NCBI GenBank assembly: GCA_965370535.1
Contig: CBDUUY010000001.1
Span: forward strand, 1 to 34,595
Direction of reading: 5' to 3'
Length of the DNA stretch: 34,595 nt
Source: an uncultured bacterium
Lineage (GTDB): Bacteria > Actinomycetota > Acidimicrobiia > Spongiisociales > UBA11373
Positions 16,880 to 25,769 of the stretch are shown here, piece after piece. Both the position numbers and the translations under genes were made by a program. The notes under the pieces were generated by a model. That model was not told where the DNA came from. It searched no databases and saw nothing but the letters and a program-made list of their open reading frames with translations. The stretch's first letter is position 1, and each line of letters opens with the position of its first letter.

Positions 16880-17737
16880 GTGAGGCCGGCCGAAGCTGCC
16901 GACCTCATCTCGAGTCATCTCACCTTTGCCTCAGCGGGCCGGAAGATCACGGCCGGATCGCTCCCGACCCGGGGTCGAGGGAATCGTCTGTTGTCGCGGG
17001 TTCTGGAGCAGATAGACGCAGATGCGGCCGGGGGCGACGTCCTTCCTGCCTGGTCGATGAGCACCACTGTGGACGAGCACGCCGGTGCTGGGGTCATCCC
17101 CGATTGGTTCGGCGAGATGATCCATCGGCGGGCGGGGCTGCCGTTCCATCGGGATCTCGCCCACGCAGGGCTCACCCACACGTACGGGTATCTCTTCAGC
17201 AGCACGATGACTCCGTACGGGCTCAAGAGGGATCGCTGGATCAACGGCGATATCGCCGCCGTGCTCGGCATCGACAGGCGTTGGCTCACGGGGAATCCTC
17301 CGGCGGGCACCCTCCTGGCCAACGCCACCTACTGCTTCGCCTCCATCGCAGGGTTCACCACCGTGCCGCCCAGTGCCCATCTGGATGGAGCCATCGCGCC
17401 GGATCGTTTCGATCTCAGCGTGATCACGGAGTCCGCCACTCACGAGCAGGTCGGCGACGGTCGCCGGCCTCTGGATGCACCCATTGTGATCCGCACCTAT
17501 CTGTCCCGGCCGGCCGACCCTCCCGGAGTTCCAGACAAGACCCTCCTCGTATACACGGTGGAACGCAACGGTCTCGAGTTACTGGTGACCGGGTTTGCGA
17601 TCCACGACGACTATGCGCGGTCGCTGCTCGACGAGGACCCTGGAGATCGTCTCCCGTTGCGCTTCAACGCACGGATTGCTGGCGTAGGCACCCTGCTGAT
17701 CGGATCACGTTCGGTCGTTCGAGACACCCGCCGCTGA
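16880..17737 (+). CDS. hypothetical protein (no family recognised)
   Basis: 285 aa with a GTG start. The plus frame shows a clear GC3 bias, whereas the opposite-strand ORFs look like Arg/Pro/Gly-rich shadow frames. I recognised no motif. Confidence 0.55.
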   Translation: MRPAEAADLISSHLTFASAGRKITAGSLPTRGRGNRLLSRVLEQIDADAAGGDVLPAWSMSTTVDEHAGAGVIPDWFGEMIHRRAGLPFHRDLAHAGLTHTYGYLFSSTMTPYGLKRDRWINGDIAAVLGIDRRWLTGNPPAGTLLANATYCFASIAGFTTVPPSAHLDGAIAPDRFDLSVITESATHEQVGDGRRPLDAPIVIRTYLSRPADPPGVPDKTLLVYTVERNGLELLVTGFAIHDDYARSLLDEDPGDRLPLRFNARIAGVGTLLIGSRSVVRDTRR

Positions 17738-17768
17738 CCACTGGGCCGAACCCGATCGGGAATCCAGA

Positions 17769-18509
17769 TTACGCCCCGGCCTGCAACCTTGTGAGCGTGT
17801 CGCCGATGACGGTGCGGACCCGGTCGCTGAGGTCGTTGAGGTCGGCGGAGCCCAGGCCCTCGGTGGGGATCGGTTCGTGGATGACCACCTTCACGCGGCC
17901 GCCGAAGCAGACGCGGCTGGTGGGCGGCCATGCCTCGAAGGCCTTGTGCAGAGTCAAGGGCACGATTGGCAGCCCGTTGTCCACGGCGATCCTGAAGGCA
18001 CCCTTCTTGAACGGGCGCAACCCTCCGTCGGCGGTGCGGGTGCCTTCGGGGTAGATGATCAGCGACTTCTCCATGTCCATCACCCTGGCCACCTGACGGT
18101 TGATGGAGCGGTGGGCGGCTCCATGGACGCTCCGGTCGATCTCCACCATCCCGACGGCTCGCATCGCCTGGCCGAAGATCGGGAACCTGAACAACTCCTT
18201 CTTCGTCAGGAAGCGCACCGACACCGGCAGGTAGGCGAGGTGAATCGGGGGGTCGATCGCCGACTGGTGGTTGGACACCAGCATGTATGAGCCCTGGGGA
18301 TCCAGGAGTTCGGCGCCCTCGACATCCACGCGGATCGCCACGAGGAACAGCACCACCCGCCCCCAGGCGCGCATCACCAGTGTGATCAGGTGCATCTTGG
18401 GGTTGATGAAGGCCAGGACCATCGCAATGGTTCCCAGGACCACGGTGGCGAAGCCGCCCACCAGGTAGCCGACTCCCATCCTCACCGTCAACAGAGCCTT
18501 CCGTATCAC
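17769..18509 (-). CDS. plsC: 1-acyl-sn-glycerol-3-phosphate acyltransferase (LPLAT family)
   Basis: It has an N-terminal TM segment, the HX4D motif NHQSAIDP and the motif YPEGTRT. Confidence 0.8.
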   Translation of the reverse strand: MIRKALLTVRMGVGYLVGGFATVVLGTIAMVLAFINPKMHLITLVMRAWGRVVLFLVAIRVDVEGAELLDPQGSYMLVSNHQSAIDPPIHLAYLPVSVRFLTKKELFRFPIFGQAMRAVGMVEIDRSVHGAAHRSINRQVARVMDMEKSLIIYPEGTRTADGGLRPFKKGAFRIAVDNGLPIVPLTLHKAFEAWPPTSRVCFGGRVKVVIHEPIPTEGLGSADLNDLSDRVRTVIGDTLTRLQAGA

Positions 18510-18546
18510 CCGTTTAGGCTACCTAGTCGTGTCCAGTGGAGGAGCC

Positions 18547-19326
18547 ATGACCGAAGTCCTTTATGAGGTCGAGGGCCATGTCGCCGTCGTCACCCTCAAC
18601 CGCCCCGACTGCCTCAATGCGATCACCCTGGAGATGCTCGACGCTCTGACGATGCGATTGCGCGAGGCCGACAGCAACCCCGGAGTGCGCTGCATCCTGC
18701 TCACCGGGTCCGGGAGGGCGTTCTGCGCGGGCCTCGATCTGGTCGAAGCGGCCGGCCAGATGGAACGCCTCGATGCGCTTGCATTCGAGTTCGATCCGCA
18801 GACCGCCCCGGTAGTCGTGATGCAGCAGATCGACACGCCCGTGGTAGCGGCCATCAACGGGCCAACCGCCGGGTACGGGGTGGGGGTCGCCCTCAACGCA
18901 GACATCCGGGTGATGTCCCTGACGGCCCGGTTCGTGAGCGCCACCACCCGCAATCTGGTGCCCGAGAGCGGTGACACCTATCTGCTGCCCCGTCTGGTTG
19001 GGTGGGAGCAGGCCGCTCGTTTCTACTTCCTGGGCGAGGACATGTGCGCCGATGAGGCATTGGCGGCCGGGGTGGTGTCGGAGGTCGCCCACGACGCCGG
19101 GGCGACAAGGGTGCGGGGCCGGGAACTGGCCCACCAGATCGCCGCCATGCCGCCGCTGGCGGTACAGGCAGCGAAGAGGATGATGCGGGCGGGCCGCACC
19201 GACGACTATGCGGAGCACGTCGAACGGGTGTTCCGGCAACTGCTGCCCATGTTCCGGACGAGCGACTTCGGCGAGGCGGTGGCGGCGTTCCTGGAGAAGC
19301 GCCCACCGCAGTTCACCGGCGAATGA
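18547..19326 (+). CDS. enoyl-CoA hydratase/isomerase (crotonase) family protein
   Basis: Sequence reads VAVVTLNRPDCLNAIT...LLTGSGRAFCAGLDL. I prefer ATG 18547 after GGAGG (18538-18542); the track start GTG 18529 is also possible. Confidence 0.8.
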   Translation: MTEVLYEVEGHVAVVTLNRPDCLNAITLEMLDALTMRLREADSNPGVRCILLTGSGRAFCAGLDLVEAAGQMERLDALAFEFDPQTAPVVVMQQIDTPVVAAINGPTAGYGVGVALNADIRVMSLTARFVSATTRNLVPESGDTYLLPRLVGWEQAARFYFLGEDMCADEALAAGVVSEVAHDAGATRVRGRELAHQIAAMPPLAVQAAKRMMRAGRTDDYAEHVERVFRQLLPMFRTSDFGEAVAAFLEKRPPQFTGE

Positions 19327-20504
19327 GGACCGTCTCCCTCGACAGGGCCCGCCGAATGGCGATCGCCGCCCAGGGACTCCACCGCCCCAGGCCGTCGGGC
19401 CGCGTCGACCTCCGCCATCTCCGCAAGGTGCTCGCCTCTACAGGTGTGCTGCAGATCGATTCGGTGAACGTGGTCGCCCGGGCCCACCGCCTGACGCTGT
19501 TCTCCCGGCTCGGGGGCTACGACCCCGGCCTCATCGAACGAGCGTTTGTGAACAAGAAGGAGTTGTTCGAATACTGGGCCCACGAGGCCTCGCTGGTCCC
19601 GATGGGTGACTGGCCGCTGTACCAGCACAGGATGGAGTACCGGGGCACATGGCAGCGTTACCGGGAGTTGGAGGAGCGGCACCCCGGGTTCATCGACCGC
19701 GTGCTGGACGAGATAGGGGAGCGGGGTGCTCTGTCGGTCGGCGATCTGGCCGACCCCGGGGAGCGTGCCGGATCCTGGTGGGGGTGGAGCAACGGCAAGG
19801 TGGTCCTCGAGTGGCTGTTCGCCAGGGGCAAGGTCACCGTCTCTCATCGCCGCAATTTCACCAGGTACTACGACCTCCCCGAGCGAGTGATCCCCCCCGA
19901 GATCAGAGCGCTGCCGGTCCCCGACCTCGCCGAGGCGCGGCGGGCGCTGCTGCTGAAGGGCGCAGCCTCCATGGGGGTGGCCACCACCCGGGACCTCGCC
20001 GACTACTACCGCATCAACATCAGGGCCGCCCGGCCGGTCGTGGACGAACTGGCGGCTGAGGGGGCACTGGAGCGGGTTCGGGTGGAGGGGTGGAAGGACG
20101 ACGCCTTCATCCACCCCGAGGCGGGCAAGCCCCGCAGCGTTGACGGCCGTTCACTGCTGTGTCCGTTTGATTCGCTGATCTGGTACCGGGAGCGGGCCGA
20201 GCGGCTGTTCGGGTTCCACTACCGCATCGAGATCTACGTCCCTGCCCCCAAGCGGGTGTACGGCTACTACGTGTTCCCGTTCCTGCTCGGGGACGATCTG
20301 GTCGCCAGAGTGGACCTCAAGGCAGACCGGGAAGCCGGGATACTCAGAGCGCGGGGTGCCTATCTGGAGGAAGGCAAGGGCGCTGCCCGGGTCGCCCCGG
20401 CACTGGCGATCGAGTTGGCGGAGATGGCGGCCTGGCTCGGCTTGGGCGAGGTATCCGTCGAGAACAAGGGTGATCTCGCTGGAGCGCTGGCCCGGGCGGT
20501 GTGA
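19323..20504 (+). CDS. YcaQ/AlkZ-family winged-helix DNA glycosylase (interstrand-crosslink repair; DUF1006/HTH_42)
   Basis: 393 aa. The N-terminal ..GVLQIDSVNVV.. carries a Q-phi-D motif as in YcaQ. The C-terminal ..YGYYVFPFLLGDDLVARVDLKADR.. is typical of the family. It has an ATGA overlap with the hydratase. Confidence 0.75.
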   Translation: MRTVSLDRARRMAIAAQGLHRPRPSGRVDLRHLRKVLASTGVLQIDSVNVVARAHRLTLFSRLGGYDPGLIERAFVNKKELFEYWAHEASLVPMGDWPLYQHRMEYRGTWQRYRELEERHPGFIDRVLDEIGERGALSVGDLADPGERAGSWWGWSNGKVVLEWLFARGKVTVSHRRNFTRYYDLPERVIPPEIRALPVPDLAEARRALLLKGAASMGVATTRDLADYYRINIRAARPVVDELAAEGALERVRVEGWKDDAFIHPEAGKPRSVDGRSLLCPFDSLIWYRERAERLFGFHYRIEIYVPAPKRVYGYYVFPFLLGDDLVARVDLKADREAGILRARGAYLEEGKGAARVAPALAIELAEMAAWLGLGEVSVENKGDLAGALARAV

Positions 20505-20513
20505 GCCGACCCG

Positions 20514-22250
20514 TCAGGGAATCGAGGCCGACGCCGTCTCCATGACGATGTCGTCGATGGTCCAGCCCTTCTGGTCGGCCAGATCGATGTAGGCCCGGCG
20601 GAACAGCAGGGTGACCTCGACCTTCGCCCCGCCGGGTCCGGGGCCGGCAAAGCGGTAGACGGTCGTATCCGACCCCATCGCCGGGATGCGGTTGTCGGAC
20701 AGGACGCGGGTCTGGTTCCAGTAGGCCGCGGTGGGGGACACCCCGGTCCACAACTCCTCGAGGACCTTGGCATAGGTGGTGCCGGGCAGTCCGGCGTACC
20801 GGCCGTCGGCAGGGTCGCCCACCCCTCCCCAATCAGGCACCACCGGACCCTCGATGAGCGCCAGCGGCCCGTCCGGCCCGGTGACCTCCACCAGCAGGAT
20901 CATGTGGCGCAGCGGCGAGTCGGTGGGGACGTGGTGGCCGGTCTGGTCGTTGATGATCTCGACGGTCACCACCAGGGCGCCGTTCTCGACGTACGCGTGC
21001 ATCGACAGGGAGACCGCCGCCTGCAGCAGGTCCACATCGGCGGCCCCCGGCATGAGATGGCCGGGGATGGTGTCCGGATCGCGCTCCAGGCCCCCCTCCG
21101 CCGGCGCGGCGAACACCGTGGCCCCGGTGGGTGGCATGTGGCAGTCCTGGCACGTCTGTCCCGCGGCGGGATCGGCATAGGGGCTCCTCAGCCACTCGCC
21201 GTAGGAGTCGTAGACGACCGTGTCCCCGAACACGCCGTAATGGCAAGAGGCGCAGAAGGCGCTCTCCGAATACAGGGGAACGTAGGTGTCCTCTCCCGGT
21301 GCGACGTCGTCGTACGGTCCTGCGAAGATCGCTTGCCCCGGCGGGGGGCGGCGGAACTCGAACGAGAGCACGCCGGGCCGGTTGGGGTCTGGGAGATCGG
21401 TCTCCGCGTCCAGATGTACGTCCCACACTTTGTGGCAGAAGTCGCAGCCGATCCCCTCGGCGGCGACTCCGGTGACGGAGGAGGGGTTCACACCGTGCGG
21501 ATCCTCGACAGACGCCATCGGTGTGTGGCAGGCGGCGCAGTTGCCGAACGAGTCCGGGAAGTCCAGGCGGTAGCCGGGGCCGAAGTAGGGGAGGGTCGGA
21601 TCTGGCGGCAGCGGGATGGGCCCATGGTCGGGGTCATCGGTGAAGCGGGTCGGGGGGCTGGCGTTGCCATCGACATCGGTGCCCAGGTACATCGTCAGGA
21701 AGAGGGGATTGCTCGCCGTATTCCCGTGGGCGTCGAGCAGCCATTGATCGACCGGGAGGTCCACCTCGAGCTCGAACCAGGGCAACTCCCGGCTGTGGCA
21801 CCCGGCGCAGGCCTGGGTCTCTTCCCCGACCAGCATCACGGGATCGAAGGATCTGGTCATAATCATCAAGGGCCCGCTGTAGTAGTACGAGATCCACTCG
21901 TAGCCGGGATCGTCGGCCACCGGCAGGGGCCTGAGGACGAGTGATACCTCGTCCCCAACGTGGTGTTCGTCCCCGCCGACGATGTAATAGCCCTCCGCCC
22001 AGGCCGTCAGGCGCACCCCTTCGTCAGGCCCGGGAACGGGGATGGCAAACCGGCCATGCTCATCGGTACGGGTGGCCGTCTCGGTGGTCTGAATGCGGAC
22101 GACGGCCCCCTCGATCGGAATCCCGTTGTCGTCCGTGACCGTTCCCCTCACCTTCAGCGGCGATTCGTAGCCGACCACCACGGCGGTCACCGCGACCGCG
22201 ATCGCCACCACGGCTGCAGCAGCCAGGACGAGGGCCCGCCGGTCAGCCAC
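20514..22250 (-). CDS. membrane-anchored pentaheme c-type cytochrome with an N-terminal carboxypeptidase-regulatory-like domain
   Basis: Five CXXCH motifs are verified in the nucleotide sequence: CAGCH 21795-21809, CAACH 21525-21539, CDFCH 21432-21446, CASCH 21240-21254 and CQDCH 21138-21152. There is an N-terminal TM helix (aa 6-27), followed by VRGTVTDDNGIPIEGAVVRIQTTETATRTDEHGRFAI. Confidence 0.85.
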   Translation of the reverse strand: MADRRALVLAAAAVVAIAVAVTAVVVGYESPLKVRGTVTDDNGIPIEGAVVRIQTTETATRTDEHGRFAIPVPGPDEGVRLTAWAEGYYIVGGDEHHVGDEVSLVLRPLPVADDPGYEWISYYYSGPLMIMTRSFDPVMLVGEETQACAGCHSRELPWFELEVDLPVDQWLLDAHGNTASNPLFLTMYLGTDVDGNASPPTRFTDDPDHGPIPLPPDPTLPYFGPGYRLDFPDSFGNCAACHTPMASVEDPHGVNPSSVTGVAAEGIGCDFCHKVWDVHLDAETDLPDPNRPGVLSFEFRRPPPGQAIFAGPYDDVAPGEDTYVPLYSESAFCASCHYGVFGDTVVYDSYGEWLRSPYADPAAGQTCQDCHMPPTGATVFAAPAEGGLERDPDTIPGHLMPGAADVDLLQAAVSLSMHAYVENGALVVTVEIINDQTGHHVPTDSPLRHMILLVEVTGPDGPLALIEGPVVPDWGGVGDPADGRYAGLPGTTYAKVLEELWTGVSPTAAYWNQTRVLSDNRIPAMGSDTTVYRFAGPGPGGAKVEVTLLFRRAYIDLADQKGWTIDDIVMETASASIP

Positions 22251-22458
22251 GGCGCCGTCTCACGGACTGCCATCCCAGCCCCAGCAATGCGGCCGCCCCG
22301 GTGGCAGCGGCCCCGACGAAGACCCACGGACCCCCGGAGACGTCACCGTTGTCGGTCTCCGGCGCGGCGGCGGTGGCCGCACCTCCGGCGGCCGGTGTGA
22401 TTTCCATCGCCGCCACCGTGAGAGCTCCCAGAATCGTCCACCGGCGTCGTGAGGTCAC
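22243..22458 (-). CDS. 71-aa miniprotein with an Arg-rich signal-like N-terminus and a C-terminal TM helix plus RRRR tail
   Basis: Start is GTG 22458, 3 nt after AGGAAGG. The product is VTSRRRWTILGALTVAAMEITPAAGGAATAAAPETDNGDVSGGPWVFVGAAATGAAALLGLGWQSVRRRRG. Its end overlaps the cytochrome GTG start (GTGGCTGA). Confidence 0.5.
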   Translation of the reverse strand: MTSRRRWTILGALTVAAMEITPAAGGAATAAAPETDNGDVSGGPWVFVGAAATGAAALLGLGWQSVRRRRG

Positions 22459-22575
22459 GAACCTTCCTCTCTCCCAGAAGCATGGACGGTCCTTCCTCTG
22501 CGGACCAGAGGAGAAGGTCATGTTCCGCCTCCCGTCGTTCCGGTCACCTAGCCTCGGATCGAAGGAGGCTCACAC

Positions 22576-23481
22576 ATGATCGAGTTCCAGGATCGGGTTG
22601 CGATCGTCACCGGGGCCGGGAGGGGACTGGGCGCCGAGCACGCAAAGCTGTTGGCGAAACGGGGCGCTGCCGTGGTCGTCAACGACCCGGGTGGCAGCAT
22701 GCACGGCATCGACGACGGCAGCCGTCCGGCCGACGATGTGGTCGAGGGGATCATCGCAGCCGGGGGAGAGGCGGTGGCCGACTACCACTCGGTGGCGGAT
22801 CCCGAAGGCGGGGAGGCGATGGTCCAGAAGGCTCTCGATGAGTACGGCAGGGTGGACATCCTCGTCAACAACGCCGGGATCCTGCGGGATCGGGCATTCC
22901 ACAACCTCGAATTCGAGGATCTGCATGCGGTCCTCGACGTGCACCTGCGGGGGGCGTTCTATGTGACCCGGCCTGCCATCAGGGTGATGCGGGAGAACGG
23001 CTACGGCCGGATCGTGTTGACCTCATCGGCATCCGGCGTGCTGGGCAACTTCGGCCAGTCCAACTACGGGGCGGCCAAGATGGGCCTCGTCGGCCTGATG
23101 AACATCCTCAAACTGGAGGGTGCCAAGTACGACATCAAGGTCAACACGATTTCTCCGATCGCCGGCACCCGGATGACCAGGGAACTGCTCGGTGACACGG
23201 CGGATCGGTTCGATGCCGATGCGGTGTCGCCGGTGGTGGCCTACTTCTGCTCGGAGGCCTGTGATCTGACGGGGGAGTTGTGGTCGGTGGGCGGCGGTTC
23301 GGTGAGCCGGTTCTTCATAGGTCTGACCGACGGCTACTTCAAGCATCCCGAACGGGAAGGCGTACTGACCGTCGAGGACGTTGCCGAGCACCTCGACACG
23401 ATCCGCGATGAGGACGGCTACCTGGTCGGTTCCTCCAGTCGGGACGAGTTCACCAAGTTGGTGCCCAGGTTGCTGGGATGA
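22576..23481 (+). CDS. SDR-family oxidoreductase (MFE-2/HSD17B4-like 3-hydroxyacyl-CoA dehydrogenase type)
   Basis: It has TGAGRGLG, NNAGI and the catalytic S..YGAAK. GAAGGAGG lies upstream of the ATG. Confidence 0.85.
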   Translation: MIEFQDRVAIVTGAGRGLGAEHAKLLAKRGAAVVVNDPGGSMHGIDDGSRPADDVVEGIIAAGGEAVADYHSVADPEGGEAMVQKALDEYGRVDILVNNAGILRDRAFHNLEFEDLHAVLDVHLRGAFYVTRPAIRVMRENGYGRIVLTSSASGVLGNFGQSNYGAAKMGLVGLMNILKLEGAKYDIKVNTISPIAGTRMTRELLGDTADRFDADAVSPVVAYFCSEACDLTGELWSVGGGSVSRFFIGLTDGYFKHPEREGVLTVEDVAEHLDTIRDEDGYLVGSSSRDEFTKLVPRLLG

Positions 23482-23516
23482 CGGATAACGGAGGCCCTTC
23501 CCGGTAACCTGAATCC

Positions 23517-25229
23517 ATGGACCGACTGCTCGCCGCCGCCGAGGCGTGGATCGCCGGTGACCCGGACCCGGAAACCCGGGCTGAGCTACAGGCACTGGTG
23601 GATGCGGAGGATCTCGATGCCCTGAGTTCCTGCATGGGTGGGACCCTGGAATTCGGCACGGCAGGAATCCGCGGCCGGGTCGGCGCCGGGTCGAACCGCA
23701 TGAACCGGGCGATGATCATCCGCACCACCGCCGGTCTGGCCGCCTACCTCGATCGGATGCGGCCCGGCGATGGCCCCGTCGCCGTGGGATACGACGGCAG
23801 GCTGTCCAGTCGCCGGTTCGCCGAAGACACCATCGGCGTGCTGGTGGCCGCCGGCATCCCGGTGAGGTTCTTCCCCGACCCCGCTCCGACTCCGCTGGTG
23901 GCATACGCCGCACGGAGGATCGGAGCCACCGCTGCGGTGGTGGTGACCGCCAGTCACAACCCGCCGGAGGACAACGGCTACAAGGTCTACGACCAGAACG
24001 CCGCACAGATCATCCCCCCGGTGGACGCCGATATCGCCGCCGAGATCGCCGTGGCCCCGTCGGCCAATGAGATTCCCAGAGCGGAGGGAGTGCTGGATGG
24101 GAAGCACCCCGATGCCGTGCCCTTCAGTGCCGCCCTGGCCGATGAGTATGTGGCCGACCTCGTCGCCATCAGGCCGGTGTCCGCCAGGGGCGGGCCGCTG
24201 AAGATCGTCTACACGCCGCTGCACGGCGTCGGGAAGGACCTGGCGGTCCGGGCGCTGTGGAACGCCGGGTTCCGTGACGTGATCCCGGTCCCCGAGCAGT
24301 CCGAACCGGACGGCCGGTTCCCCACGGTCGCTTTCCCCAACCCCGAGGAACCCGGCGCCCTCGACCTGGCCAAGGCATTGGCGACCGCTGAGGGTGCCGA
24401 CCTGATCCTGGCCAACGACCCGGACGCCGACCGACTGGCGGTCTGCGTCCCGGTGGAAGATGGGTGGCGCACCCTGAGCGGCAATCAGATCGGGTTGTTG
24501 CTGGCGGACTTCGTGCTCGGGTTCGAGCACTCGGCCGGGATGCCGATCGTGGTCAGCAGCATCGTGTCGTCACCGATGCTCACCTCGATCGCCGAGGTGT
24601 ATGGGGCACTCAGCGAGCAGACCCTGACGGGCTTCAAGTGGATCTGCAATGCGGCACTGGACCTGGAGGCAGACGGGATCGGCCGATTCTCCTTCGGCTA
24701 CGAGGAGGCTCTGGGGTACTGCGTCGGCAGGGTGGTGAGAGACAAGGATGGCATCGGTGCCGCCGTCTGGTTTGCCGACCTGGTGATGGCCTGCCGTGAG
24801 CGGGATGAGACGGTCCTCGACGGGTTGGCCCGCCTGTACCGCAGGCACGGCCTGTGGGTGAGCACCCAGAAGGCCCTGGTGCGGCCGGGGGCGGAGGGCC
24901 TCGCCGAGATCGCAGCGGCGATGGAGTCGCTGCGGACCTCGCTGCCCGATTCGCTGGGCGGCATGGCCGTCACGGCAACGACCGACTATCGGGACAACGC
25001 CGAGGTACGGCCCAGGTGGCTGGCCTCTCAGGCCCTGGTGGAATTCGAACTCGAGGGCGGGGGCCGGGTGCTGGCCAGACCCAGTGGCACCGAGCCGAAA
25101 CTGAAGATCTACGTGGACCTGCGGGGCGACCTCGGCGAGGACGACGATGTCGGCGTCGTCGAGGCCGGTCTTTTGGAGCAGGCGGTTCGGGTGGCCGACG
25201 ACCTGGCAAGGTTCCTGGGACTGGAATAG
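23517..25229 (+). CDS. alpha-D-phosphohexomutase (phosphomannomutase/phosphoglucomutase family)
   Basis: 570 aa with the active-site loop VVTASHNPPEDNGYKVY and the metal loop ANDPDADR. Confidence 0.85.
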   Translation: MDRLLAAAEAWIAGDPDPETRAELQALVDAEDLDALSSCMGGTLEFGTAGIRGRVGAGSNRMNRAMIIRTTAGLAAYLDRMRPGDGPVAVGYDGRLSSRRFAEDTIGVLVAAGIPVRFFPDPAPTPLVAYAARRIGATAAVVVTASHNPPEDNGYKVYDQNAAQIIPPVDADIAAEIAVAPSANEIPRAEGVLDGKHPDAVPFSAALADEYVADLVAIRPVSARGGPLKIVYTPLHGVGKDLAVRALWNAGFRDVIPVPEQSEPDGRFPTVAFPNPEEPGALDLAKALATAEGADLILANDPDADRLAVCVPVEDGWRTLSGNQIGLLLADFVLGFEHSAGMPIVVSSIVSSPMLTSIAEVYGALSEQTLTGFKWICNAALDLEADGIGRFSFGYEEALGYCVGRVVRDKDGIGAAVWFADLVMACRERDETVLDGLARLYRRHGLWVSTQKALVRPGAEGLAEIAAAMESLRTSLPDSLGGMAVTATTDYRDNAEVRPRWLASQALVEFELEGGGRVLARPSGTEPKLKIYVDLRGDLGEDDDVGVVEAGLLEQAVRVADDLARFLGLE

Positions 25230-25302
25230 CCGGGCGACCCGGGCCCTGCCGAGCAGATCGGTCCGGGTTATCCTCATCGGCCGGTCATCAAGGAGTGGTG
25301 CA

Positions 25303-25761
25303 ATGCCTCCGGCAGGATTCTCTGGGATTCTCAAATTGATCCACATCCTGTTCGCCACCGTCTGGGTGGGGGGCAACGTGCTGCTCCTGGTCTTGGGGGT
25401 GCGGGCACTGAAGACGGATGCGGCCACCCGCATCCACTTCGCCGAGGAGGCCCTGCCGGCCACACGGGCGTTCGCCGTTGCTGCCCTGGTGGCACTGGCA
25501 TCCGGGGTATGGCTGGTCATCAGGGAGGATGCCTGGGGGTTTGATCAGGCCTGGATCAGCATCGGCTTCACCGGCATGCTGCTGGGCTTCATCCTGGGAC
25601 CCGCTTTCTACGCACCGCAGACCAGGGCATTCATCGCCGAGGAGGAGACCGGCGATTCGGCCGCCGGGTCCCGGAACCGGCGCATCGGCAGGGTTGCGGC
25701 GGTGGAGACCATCGTGTTGCTGGTTGTGGTCTGGGCAATGATCTACAAACCGGGTCTGTAG
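25303..25761 (+). CDS. integral membrane protein (about 4 TM; DUF2269/CopD-like, uncertain)
   Basis: Start is ATG 25303, 7 nt after AAGGAG. The track's upstream extension overlaps the phosphomutase. Confidence 0.55.
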   Translation: MPPAGFSGILKLIHILFATVWVGGNVLLLVLGVRALKTDAATRIHFAEEALPATRAFAVAALVALASGVWLVIREDAWGFDQAWISIGFTGMLLGFILGPAFYAPQTRAFIAEEETGDSAAGSRNRRIGRVAAVETIVLLVVVWAMIYKPGL

Positions 25762-25769
25762 GCCGCGGC

